DNA from: Parasitella parasitica NRRL 2501
Taxonomy: Eukaryota > Fungi > Mucoromycota
Assembly: GCA_025201805.1 (NCBI GenBank)
Contig: MU619260.1
Span: forward strand, 47,879-111,878
Length of the DNA stretch: 64,000 nt
Direction of reading: 5' to 3'
The notes under the pieces are model-generated. The model made no database searches and was not told the origin of the DNA. It was given only the letters and a program-made list of their open reading frames with translations. A program made the translations under genes and the position numbers. Positions 1 through 12,008 of this stretch are shown in pieces. Within the stretch, counting starts at the first letter, position 1. Each line of letters starts with the position of its first letter.

Positions 1-543
1 AGGTCACCTTGCTGTAAACTTACTTTTTTCAATGGTTTAAACGTAAATTGTTTACAGAACAAATATGTAAAGGCTATCATATTTTCGTTATGCATTTTCG
101 ACTATTTGAGACATGTATTTTGCATAAATATAAAGTAACAAAAGCTCGGAGCGGGACGGAACGGCGTTATCGTTGAAGATGGTAATGTCAACGTTTAAAA
201 GAACATGGTTTGATTCTGTGTTTTAGGCCCTCGAGTAAAGACATTTGGTACATTTGTGTCTGAGCTCATATATATATTGAAGATTTGAACATGTTTATAG
301 ACGCAAAACTTAATCTTCCTATCAATTATTGGAAAGCAATAGCACTATCTCGCTCTCACATGGCCATTGATAAACAAAAACATCATTAGAAGTAGCTGTG
401 TGTAACAAAGAATAAAATGATTTATTATAAATATTATGGTCTATATAAAAGGGATTTTTTTTTGACATGATGCAAATTTAAATAGCATAAAATACAAGAG
501 AGTGTATGATACAAAGAGGAGGAAAGGAGGGGAATAATATAGT

Positions 544-2382
544 TTAGACAGAAGTAGTAATAGATACATCAGGAGAAGGGGAAACGGGCTTGGTTGCTTT
601 GCCAGTGATACGATCCTTCACTTCTTCCCACATCAGTTGGCGTTCGACAGCAACGCCACCTAGTACAGAAGAATTTTCCTGAGCACGGCGTAAAAGATAA
701 GGTATCACTTCGTCGATCATGCCATATGGCAAATACTTGTAAATAGAATAACCATTGCGACCCAAAGTATAAGACAATTGGTCTTGCATACCGAACAATT
801 GGCCAAATTGAACAACACCAGACTGAGCACACACATTGTTCTTCTCCATCTCCTCAATAGTCAAGATAACACTATCACGGTTATGACTGGCCACCATAAA
901 AACGATAGGCGAAGTGGCATTAGTAACATGTTCACCAGTAGCATCTTGGTGTTCCTTGATCTTGTTTAGCAAAAACTTGACTCCACCGTTGTAAGAGGCA
1001 TGAGTGTCCTCCAGAGTATCACAAATGGGCGAGCTGTAGCCCATTTCGTCAGCGCGTTTGCGTTCAGAGACCATGTAAGCACCACGCACCAATTTAGCAG
1101 CAAAAGTAAAGTTTTCGCGTTGAGAAAGAGCCACGTCCAATTCAAGTCTTCCTTGAGCAGACTTGGTGTACATCTGGTACGTGTTGAAGATGGTGGGTTG
1201 TTGGTTCTTATTGGCATTGAACTTGCGCTGCAGGTTGACAGCAACATGGTCGATAGCATCTTGGAAGTAGGATTGTTCTGCATCGACCATTACGCCCACC
1301 TTTAAATCACGAGCCAAACTACAGGCATCTTCCAGACGAGAAATCATACGATCATAAGCCTCAAGATCCTCGCAAGTTAACAGGACAGCCTTAGCGTCCT
1401 GATTATCTGTCTTCCACCACACATCACGAGCAGGGCCTTGCAAGTTAAACAGCTTTCTAAATTCGATAATGTCCAAGGAAGCCTTGTTCTTTTTCAAATG
1501 AGCCACAAGAGAATCACGTTGCAAGGCTTGATCTTCACTTATTGGAGCAGGCAAAACGCGATTCACGACTTGGTGAACACCTTCAGCATCAATAAGGCCA
1601 TTGGCTTGGTTGTCCAAAAAGGCCTGATCCAAAGCGGCGATAACTTGATTCAAACGAAGCAATAACTCTGGAGGCGAGAAGGCAGTAACTTTAACGGCAA
1701 CCATAGCATTATCCTTGACACTGCCGGCAGCCGTAGTCATACAGGTCTTGATCATCTTGGCAATTACATCAGCCTGTTGTTCATCGCGCTGATATTTGCC
1801 ACCCTCAGCAGCAGGAGCAACGTTAGGATCAAGATGCAAGTCAGCTTCTACGGACAAATCTAAAATACAGTTGATGCCAGATTGCGCCAATTTGTCCATG
1901 CTAGAGATGCACTCTTCGGGAGTTTCACCGCCGCAAAAATGACGGAAAAACGTTTGTTTGACAAACCAGTAAACAGGAGCTTGAAGGCCTAGCTTTTCAG
2001 AGATGGAAATGAGATGGGGAGCGGCATCTACGAGCCATGGCAGGGCACACAGTCTATACACAAATAAGGCCATTGCTAGCTCTTGTGTGCTTTTGGAGTG
2101 GACAGCAATACGATTTTCTTTGTCATGCAATTCATCGACAGTGGATGCAGAAGTGGTAGCCTTCATTTGGGCTTCTGCTTGAGCCACACTCTGAGTGTAC
2201 ATGTAAAACGAAGACGTTAAAAGAACACTGGCAGTAATCGTCTTGAAAGGTAAGCGCTTTGCATTTTGTGTAGTATTGGTACTAGTAAATGTTCTAACTG
2301 GCAGACGTGGTAAACTAGCTCTGTTGAATAGCGACGTACAGCGAATGAATGGAGAAGCAGTACGAAAAGCAATACGGTGCAT
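544..2382 (-). CDS. PUT1: Proline dehydrogenase (proline oxidase), mitochondrial
   Basis: Intronless 612-aa ORF with Arg/Ser-rich presequence; motifs HFCGGET, MVDAEQSYFQ, KLVRGAYM, VASHN, FGQLFGM, YKYLPYG..EVIPYLLRRAQEN typical of Pro_dh. Confidence 0.95.
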   Translation of the reverse strand: MHRIAFRTASPFIRCTSLFNRASLPRLPVRTFTSTNTTQNAKRLPFKTITASVLLTSSFYMYTQSVAQAEAQMKATTSASTVDELHDKENRIAVHSKSTQELAMALFVYRLCALPWLVDAAPHLISISEKLGLQAPVYWFVKQTFFRHFCGGETPEECISSMDKLAQSGINCILDLSVEADLHLDPNVAPAAEGGKYQRDEQQADVIAKMIKTCMTTAAGSVKDNAMVAVKVTAFSPPELLLRLNQVIAALDQAFLDNQANGLIDAEGVHQVVNRVLPAPISEDQALQRDSLVAHLKKNKASLDIIEFRKLFNLQGPARDVWWKTDNQDAKAVLLTCEDLEAYDRMISRLEDACSLARDLKVGVMVDAEQSYFQDAIDHVAVNLQRKFNANKNQQPTIFNTYQMYTKSAQGRLELDVALSQRENFTFAAKLVRGAYMVSERKRADEMGYSSPICDTLEDTHASYNGGVKFLLNKIKEHQDATGEHVTNATSPIVFMVASHNRDSVILTIEEMEKNNVCAQSGVVQFGQLFGMQDQLSYTLGRNGYSIYKYLPYGMIDEVIPYLLRRAQENSSVLGGVAVERQLMWEEVKDRITGKATKPVSPSPDVSITTSV

Positions 2383-4041
2383 TTAATAGTTTTTTTTATT
2401 GATAAAGTATAAAAAAGTACAGTTCTTCAGAAACATCTTTGAAGGAAAAAATCTTGGTCCTTATATACACGTTTCCAGGATAATTTCTATAATGAGTTCT
2501 AACCAATCCGTTATCAAAGAAGCACTGAGAATGTGGGGGATGATTTTTAAAAAAAACCATAACAGAAGATCTCAGCTTCAAAACTGTAACTCGACACACA
2601 GTGTTGGACAAAATGACTAAATGCAGTAATTTCCCACCATTCGAACCAATCATGGCATGTACTACAGCCGTATAAACCTTGTTTAGTTTGACAGGCTTTG
2701 AAATATTTAGTAATAAAAGTCATTCATATCTCATCTCAAAGATAAAAAAAAAAAATTGATCTCGTTACATGTATAGATTAGTTTATCTTGTTTCTATGAC
2801 ATCTAAATATATAGATAAAACGTTCAAACTACATAATCTTGCATGTCGAGCAATAAACATCTAGAAAATCCTTTTTGTCCTTTTATGCGGTATATCTTTC
2901 GTGATTGGATAGATTTCGACTGGATAATCCATTTAACTACTGGGCGAACACAATTACAAGCATAAATATTGAGCGATTTATTTTCATGAACTTGTAACAG
3001 ATTTCCTGTCTCAATTACTACCTTGGATTCTAGTCTTTAGGTTTCTATCATGTATTGAACTAGAGTCATATTAGATCTCGAACGCCGCTCCAATTCCAAT
3101 GATGACTATAAAGGCTCCCAAATAAAACGAGCAATTTACATCATCTTTTTTTTTTTTTATAGTGTACATGCATATAAACAATAGTGTATATAAGCTTTTT
3201 GCATGTTTGGTTCATGGTATACTGTATGCATTTAAATTTACGTCCAAACACTGTTTCGAGTTACTCGGAAATGAAAAAATTTTCAAGTTTAATATTATTT
3301 GTAACAATGACTTTATTTTTAATGGAGATCAAAAATACATGCCACCTCAAAAATACCAGAATTCTTGAGATTCCAGTAGATACATATATCTACAGAATAA
3401 AGAGAATCATAAAAAAAGAAAATGTGTTCCCCTGGTTTGTTTTTGTTCTATATAAAAATTGCTAATGCTTATTCTTAATCTACAAGAAATGAAGAAAACA
3501 TTTCCTCGGGTGTGGGTGTGACCCCATGCTAAATCGTGTGAATTTAGTGTTACAAACAAAGCAAAACACCAAAATTTCATGACAGTGCAAACAATGTTGA
3601 AGGGCGGTTTATAAAGTTTTGGCAAGACATTTAGCAAAAGAGACGTGGAGAGCACGAGATACGGCTTAAATTACAAAGTGCGCTTTTACTATAATATGCA
3701 GAGAAGAGGGTGAGACTGAACAAGGAGCAAATATAACTTGTTGGATTAAACTAGGCTATCAATTACAAATATGGGACATGTATACAGAGAGAAAAGTATG
3801 ATTTATAGTCCAACAATTCGATGGTGATTTGCGAGAAAAACGTCTTGAAAGACTACTACTCATAGACGATTTATCGTTTGGATCACGGTCGATTGTTTAC
3901 GATCCAGCCATTTACGAAAACGAAATTAACACGAAACATTTTTAAGCAATAAAGATATCATTGCTACGTAAATTAATATTAGCGTTTTTAATTTCTAGCG
4001 TGGTATCTACATGGTGTAGGAAAATGATAATCCCGTATTTT

Positions 4042-7000
4042 TTACAAGTAATATCCGTTCAACACGAGCCTGGTAAGCAAATCCCGTACAAATACATCCA
4101 TTCCATGCTTTGCCTCATGTCTAGTGTAAAGTTCATTGAATATGCTATGCCTTGTGCTATTGAGTATATTCGTCAGTCGGCCTGAACCTTTTGTTTCCAA
4201 CAGCTGCAGTACTTTGACAAACACTTGTGTATGTTTTTGGAACTGCTCAAAGATACGGCGGCATTTGAGACTAAGCTTATCCTCATTCTCTATATCTTTT
4301 ACAGTATAGTCATCCAAGATTGCACTGAAAAATATGATATCTTCGAGGACGGGTTGTAGCACCTGAAAGATACGGGTTTGGCTTTGTTTCAAAAAGCATT
4401 GAAACAAGATGCGATCAAGTACATGCTCATGGTAATCTCGAAACGAATGTGGCTCCATGATGACCGAAACATAGTCTTTGCTGCTATTAGCGCTGGCGGA
4501 TGTTTTCTGGGCTTGCATGGCTTGGACATGTTGCATAAACGAAGACCAGGAGGCTTTAATAGCCGTATCATGAATGTAGCTTTGTAGCGCACTTGTGAAC
4601 TGATCCATCTGAAATCTGTACTTGAACAAGAGGTCGCGCGTGGATTGCCTATGCCATTTCATATCCCGTAATGGCTCGTAGCATCGCTTGATGACTGTTG
4701 CTACACGCAACAACTGCAGCAAGAATGAGAATATCCGGTTGTATTTGTCTAGAATCGCTGGTGTGATGACCATATTCAATGGGTATGTTGCATCATAATT
4801 GAGTTGTAAAAAGTTTAGTGCCTCCACAGCTAAGGTTTCTCCATCAGAAAACAAAACGGGACAAATGTGCATAAATCATACAAAAACTTACCGTGAGGAT
4901 GATTCCATTGGCTATTGGCGGTCGTTTTTCGGAAGGAAAACGTAACAAGATCGTCGTGTGTGTGCACTGCATTTTCGAGTAACAAATTTCTAAGGGCTAA
5001 AGTCAAATCAAATGATTTTGGTGGCCAGCAATTTCCCATATGATTCAATCCAATACTCGAAGAGGAGAATAGAGTTGCTTTGAGCCCATTTACAAATACA
5101 CCATTGCCAAATAGGAAATACCGATACAAGAGTGACAAATGAGATTGCAATTTAAACTGATCCAAGAAAGAGATCATGAAGGATTCATTGAGCAAAGGAC
5201 ACCAGGTTTGGATAGGTTCAATGTAGCTCTGGCGCGTGGTAGTGTCTAGAGTGGGTATAGAGTGTCTAGTTTCATCTTGGAGCAATCGTAAAAGACGCTG
5301 GGCAAAGCCACTTTGTTTGGTATCAAGTGGGGGCAGCGTAGGAGTGTCATGTTGCATAGCTTGAAGGTCATCATCAGCATCGTCATTGTTGTGGCTGTCC
5401 TGTTCATCGCTCGCATGGTGCACGTTGCCTAATGAATTGTACGATTTGATCTGATTGCATATATGCTGTAGTTTGGACGTATATCTATGGCATGGAAACG
5501 TCAAATGTCAAAAACAGACACATTTACGCATTAATGACGCTTACTCTTCGTTTTCTGTACTGTTCAATATGAATTTCAGATTGATCGAATCATCCAAGTC
5601 AAATAAAGGATGATCTGGTTTTGCTAGTTTCAGCAATCGAACGGATATACCAGACCGTAGTATATATAATGCCAACTTTTTGTCTACAAAGTAGGGCAAA
5701 TCTGCTTCTGAACGGATCTATCAATGTCCGTTGGAGTCATTTATTCTTGCCTATGCATTCTCCTCCTATCCCCCTCTTACCTTGTACCGTTGGAGCAAAT
5801 CACTTTGATTTTCTGAAACGCGTTCACCTATAAAAAATTCTGCATAAGGGTCTCCATGTTGATCAGGTGAATATGTGCTGTTTAAATGCAGCCAATTGCT
5901 CATCATGTTGGAATAAGGGACGCTAGTGTAGCTCAAAATGACTAGACAAACATCTCGGTATAGCGCAGAGTTTCCGCCGTTGGAAGCTAAATCAAATCCA
6001 CTTGTTTCACGATGCAGCAGATTCAGCAAAGAGGCGCCTTTGGGCAGTACAAATTGTCGGGATCGAACTTGACAAAATCCATGCAGTTTCTCCACAACAG
6101 CTGTTAGGCTCTGAACAGAATGATGCACTTTCAACACAGTCATTGTTTGGAAATCATGCTGCTGATCAGATGCGAATAGAGTCATCACGGCGTGTTGTAT
6201 ATACATCAAAAGCTCTTGTAAACAGCAGCCAAAAGCTACTCCCGTAAGCCCGTAAGTGTCAGGCTGGGACTGGCACTGTTGAGATACGTATTCTAATGCT
6301 CTGATGTGCGTACCGAACAATAACACCTGCTCAAGTAACGGCTGGATGGCTGCTGTGCTGACACCGAGAATGCGATACTTGGCCATCCGTTGTCTGAATG
6401 CAGAGTCTTGTTGATCCCAATAAAAGTAAATGGACGGCAGCCCTGTGATGGCTTGTATCAGGCTTTTGGCTAGCTCAGACTCGTAAATCACAGCCGTCTC
6501 AGAGGGATCCTGTAGTTGCCGGATCAGTGGTTCGAACAAACAAAGAGGTGCTTCAGTAATGAAGGGTGTTCCAATATTGCGATCAGATAATCGAGTCTGT
6601 TCATATGATGGGAATTGTGAGTTGCGAGTGTCCCAGGATAAGGTATTGAATGTGGTAGGGGGCCGCATAGTTGCTTCTAATAACCAGATATCTTGCTCTT
6701 CACCCTCCATTTCCAGGTCTTGTTCTTGCGGTTGTGGTGGTTGATGTGGCTGTAAATGTTGTTGCTGTTGTAAAAACAATGTATCCGTACTGCTACTATC
6801 TGTAGTCGAGCTCGCTATAGAAGCATTTGCATCAAAGAAATCAAACGGCTGTTCAGACAGTGGCTGTAATCGTAGTTGTGGATGGAACCAATTCAAGTCT
6901 ACTTTATTTTTTTTCCAAAATTAGATTTTTTGCTTGCACAAAACAAGCTTATACTTGCCTATAGCTTTTTCGTTCTTTTTTTGCTGCAGCTGTTGCTGTG

Positions 7001-7064
7001 TATACCACTGCATAAACCCAAGAGTTCCATTATGTTCATCGTCTATGGAATTATGTTCAAACAT
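4042..7064 (-). CDS. Gamma-tubulin complex component (Spc97/Spc98 family, probably GCP6-like), multi-exon
   Basis: GRIP2-type motifs (HLSLLYRYFLFGNGVF; LNYDATYPLNMVITPAILDKYNRIFSFLLQL; H..VLDRILFQCFL) and DPYAEFFI; putative ATG at 7064 with a first GC-AG intron (gcaagt...tag) joining in frame to ORF 5766-6896. Confidence 0.8.
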
Positions 7065-8477
7065 CTAATCCGGTAAGAAAAACGCTTCAAATGAATGCAA
7101 CAAAAACCGTGCATAAGATGGCGAGCAAGAGTCACATGTTTGTATGAGCCGTAACATCCCTTGTCAGTCAATAGGGCAATCTAGCAACCGTGTCAAGCAA
7201 AAGAGATCATCTAGAGCCACTCCTATGATCAAATCTCAAAGAGTACGCGGTTATCAAGGACATATCAACATCCTAAAAAAAATGTATTGATACAAATTGC
7301 TCACAAGTATTCACTATGCTTGTGTACATGATATTCGATGCTTGTTGTGAATTGATTTATAAAATATAAATGCCCAAAAAAAAAAATCAAGTAAAAAGTG
7401 ATTATATACATATGCACGTACTTGTAAAGATAATAGTTAACTTTTTGGAAAGTAAATAAGTGGAAAGTAGGATAAAAAAACAAGTAATCCATGTGCAATA
7501 ACTACGTTTTAATGCCGCCAACATGTTACTAATAACTCTTGAAAAGGGTAATTCACAAAGGTTTTAATCGTAGAAAAGAGCTCTAAACTGCACCAACCAA
7601 TTGCCACGACCCCAAAGCAGTATGCTGATTTAATTTTGTAGCTCTTGGAGACATTCTGTTTTTTTCAAATCTTTTCATGATCGAGTATAACGAAAAAATG
7701 GCAATTTTCTGAAAATTCACTTCTTAAGCTAAAAAGCAAAGCATATACTGAGCACAAAGGTTTGGTGTGCCTGTTTTTAGCATCGTTTCAAGATTCGACT
7801 TTATAGTTTCTTAAATGTTTTGACACCTTTTTTGAAATATTTGCAAAAGAGAAAAAAGTTTTATCGTGTAAAGCGTATCATTTATTGTATAAATCAATTA
7901 GTGGAGTAAGTATAATTACCATAAAGTTTGTCTACTTGAAATACTTTAAAAATTTAAAACTTTATTTTTTTGTAAAAATAAAACGACACTTACAAACAAA
8001 ACTGGCTTTTTTCTGCTAAGTGTTTGTGATATTTGTCTGTTGTATATAAAGCATCAATTATCAATGTTAGAAGTGATAAGAAAGTGGGTTAAGCTTTATG
8101 CATATGAAATATTTGCTACAACTAGTGTAATGATTATTATACAATACTTGATACAATAAAAATAAATTAAGAAGAATAGTTGTTTAGCTGCTAAAATCCA
8201 CCCAACTTCATTCTATGCATATGTTATATTCGATTTTGCATGTCTACAGCATCAGCATTGGGCAACTTGTACTGCAAATCAGGATAGCCAATTGTAACGT
8301 GCAGAGCAGCCATATGCGAGTAATCGCCTCTGTCTAATTATCCGAGGTCTATCTTTTACATTGTCATTGATGAACAAGCAGTGCTGCCGTCTTCAAACCC
8401 AGTTTTCAGTTATAAATCGTCAATTTAAATTTTATTCGATTGTTCTCTGCTGTGCTATTCACATCATTCCGCCCAGC

Positions 8478-10058
8478 ATGTGTCCATATCGTTTTGATCA
8501 ATTAACGCCAGAACTACAAGCTATTGCAACTGACAAGTTCATGTTTCAAAACTGGGCCAAAACCTTCAAATGTGCCCCAGAATTAATGTTTGAACCTACT
8601 ACTGAAGAGCAAGTTCAAAAGGTAAAAGAAAATTGACACAAAAAACAAACAAACAATCCAATATTGCCAAAACTAGGTCATTCTTTTAGCTAAAAGCTTG
8701 AATAAACCTCTCAAAGCATTTGGATGTGGGCATTCTCCCTCAGATTTAGCATTATCTCCCGGATTCATGGTCAACATTGATAAAATGAACAATTTGCTCG
8801 ATGTAGACAAAAAAACATGCAGAGCCACTGTACAAGCGGGCATGTCACTCCACAAGCTGCATCAGGTCTTGAGAGAAAATGGTCTTGCGCTCAGTAGTTT
8901 GGGCTCTATCTCAGACCAGACTGTCGCAGGTGTCATGGCTACGGCAACTCATGGCACTGGTGCTGAATATGGCTGCTTATCAACGATGGTATGTAATAAT
9001 AGCTTGTTTACGGGGGGGAAGTAAAAGGGCGGCGTTTAGCTTACACCTTTTTATATTTTGTGTTCTTCAGATCGTCGATTTAACTCTGATCACAGCCGAT
9101 GGAAATATCATGTTTTGCTCACCCTCAGAAAACGTCGATGTGTTTGAAGCAGCTCGTTGTAGCTTAGGGGCATTGGGCATTATCACTCGTATGACATTGC
9201 AGGCTGAGCCGGATTTCAAGCTGGAAGCAATTCAAAAGCCCTACAAATTCTCTGACATTTTGAACGATTGGGACAATGTAATTCATTCTGCTCAGCATGC
9301 TCGTGTGTGGTGGTATCCTCATACTGATGACTGTGTAGTTTGGAGAGCAAACCGCACGACCAAAGAGATATCTCGCACTGGCCCTAGCTTTTTGATGGAA
9401 AGAGGTTATGGTTTCCATGCTTATCAGGCCATGTTGAACTTTACTCGGTACAGCACTCGTCTTATTCCTTACCTGACCAGATTGATGTTCAATACGCTAC
9501 ATTCGCAGCCAGTAAACATGGTGGACGTATCCAACAAAGTCTTCAATTTCGACTGTCTTTTCCCACAATACGTCAATGAATGGGCTATTGATTGGAGAGA
9601 TGCCCCTGATGCTCTACGCAAGCTAGACAAATTCATCAACGAAAACAACCTAAAGGTGCATTTTCCTGTTGAGATTCGATTCGTGGATCAAGATGATGTA
9701 TGGCTAAGCCCTGCTTACGGCCGCAAAACATGTTACATTGGGGTCATCATGTACAGACCTTATGGCAAGCCTGTGCCTTACAAGAAATATTGGAAGGCGT
9801 ACGAGGATATCATGCGCGAGTACAACGGCCGTCCGCATTGGGCCAAGGTAAGCAGCAATCGTGAAGCATGTGTCTACGTCTAGCTTAACTTTGTTTTCTT
9901 AGGCTCATGGCCAAACAAGAGAGGATTTGGAAGCTTCATATCCCAAATTCAATGAATTTCTTTGTGTTCGCCAACAGCTGGATCCAGGGGGCATGTTCCT
10001 CAACGACTACCTGAGACGCCATGTTTTCGCTCCTCAAAAAGCAACGGCTAGACTCTAG
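8478..10058 (+). CDS. ALO1: D-arabinono-1,4-lactone / L-gulonolactone oxidase (FAD-linked), 4 exons
   Basis: NWAKTFKCAPE, GCGHSPSD (covalent FAD His), SLGSISDQTVAG..ATATHGTG, HFPVEIRF, GRPHWAK, DP.GMFLNDYL; ends ...KATARL*. Confidence 0.92.
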
Positions 10059-10071
10059 TTGTAATAAATTC

Positions 10072-10112
<41 letters not shown>

Positions 10113-11627
10113 GGAAGCTGCCCAAAACAACAATGTCTAAACAAAACTTCTCTAGATCCTTGAGTGCCTTCTTGATTTCCTCGTTTTCGAAATGGCCAGA
10201 GCATTCAACAAAGAATACGTAATGCCATGGACGTTGGCCGCTAGGTCTAGAATCGATTTTGAACAAATTTAGTCCATAGTCTTTGAAAACCTTGAGCCCA
10301 TCACACAAAGCGCCTGGTTGGCGGTGGTCGACAGTGAAAGTCATGAGCGTATGGTCGTCTTTGCTGGGCGAGTCGCTAGCAGCACCAATAATCAGGAAAC
10401 GGGTTGTGTTGGCTGTAAATGTTTAGAGTTTGCTCTCCATCTCCAAGGTATTTTGTATCATTAGCTTCTGTAATAGCAGCTTCTGCTTCTTTACGTGCTT
10501 CATATTCGATAAGCGCATAACCCTAAATTTGATCTGTAAGCAACCAACTCTATTTGAGACATCAAAAAAAAAAAAAAAAAAAAAAATTACCTGCAAGATC
10601 CTCAATGTTGGCCTCCACAATTTCCAAGCCGTATAATTCGGCGCAAATCTCACTGCAAACAGCAGCGGCTCCAGTTTCTAATGCGGCCTTTTCTGCCGCC
10701 TCTGCTGTTGATTTGACTGGAATACGTCTAGCATTTGGAATGTGTGCTGAAAGCCATTTTTGAGTCTGCCCTAATCCCTGTGGGTGGCTGTACACTTTGA
10801 TGATCTTGTCTAATTTACTGTTGGAAAGCAAGCATTGATGAACTGTCAAGTACGTCTCGGCACGAACTCTGACAGAGGTTTTAATGAAATAGTCGAGAGA
10901 CTCGACAACTGAGCCGAAAGTGGAGTTTTCAAAAGGGACAATGCCGTATGTTGTTTGACCCTTTTCAACAGCATCGAAAACATCTATATAATATATATAT
11001 TTTGCAGGTGAATAAATGCACAACCTAGTCGCCAATTTTGGATTACTTGCCATCGATTTGCTTCTGAGGCACATATGCAACGCTGTCTCCTAGACGCTTA
11101 TATGCGGCTTGGTGTGAAAAGGTGCCTGGTGGGCCGAGATATGCAATGGAGACGTTCTTTTGAAGAGCAATTGACGCAGACATGATCTAATAGACCCATT
11201 CAGCATTGAGCTGCCTCTTTTTTTTTTTTTTTTGTACTGCCTGTAACCACTCACCTCTCTAAAGATGGCCTGCAAAGAATCGTCGTTCAGGGGACCCGAG
11301 TTCAAGCGAGTCAGCTTTATTCAAATGCGCTATTAAGTCCAACATGCTGGGTTGATGCCAAGTGAAAATTGATTACCTTTTTATAGATTTCCTGCTCACG
11401 CCCGGGCCTGAATACCTGCACATCTGCCTCTGCGTTCTCGTCAGCCTGTCTGAATATACGCAACTCGTTAGTCTACATGCCTCGGCCATGATTGACACAA
11501 CTACTCACGTGTCCTTTCTTTTGGCAACGCCAATGTCTAATGAAACACGAGCACGCTCGTTCAAAATGTTTACAAGTGTTGTATCTAGTGAATCTATTTT
11601 TTGTCTGAGGGCTGGTAAATCACTCAT
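10048..11627 (-). CDS. Bifunctional chorismate mutase (AroQ type 2) - prephenate dehydratase with ACT domain (PheA/P-protein-like), multi-exon
   Basis: N-terminal MSDLPALRQKIDSLDTTLVNILNERARVSLDIGVAK (CM_2), linker IFREIMSASIALQ, AYLGPPGTFSHQAA, GIVPFENSTFGSV, YSHPQGLGQ, NTTRFLII, ACT domain KIDSRPS; 3' end runs into a 39-nt homopolymer so the stop is uncertain. Confidence 0.9.
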
Positions 11628-12008
11628 ACTGCTATGCCTATTAAAACTGGGGGGGGGAACAAAGAGTGGATTAAAAATAGGCTCAACTTGTTGCTCTTTT
11701 TTGAAGATGTGTGTATAAGAGACGTTTGCATTTTGAACATCCGGGCCATTATGAGCCAATGATGCCTGTGATTCACATTGCCCTTAAGCTGCAAAGACTC
11801 CGGATCATTAAAGTTGGACTAAAATGTGCACTGAAAGACGTGCCAGCTTCTAAGCTATCGCACCTCAATGCACGTATTGAAGCAATTTCGTTTGTTTTTT
11901 TAAAAATAGCATAAATCTACTGCAAAGTCTGAAATGCGAAATAGCCCGACATCAAATTTGAAAAGCTGACGATAAATATTCATGTATATAAATAATAAAC
12001 AAATGGGT

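Noticed and set aside
7728-7781. GCTAAAAA...TTTTTAGC hairpin in the GCP-ALO1 intergenic region
   Set aside because: Short AT-rich stem expected by chance; no supporting repeat or RNA motif
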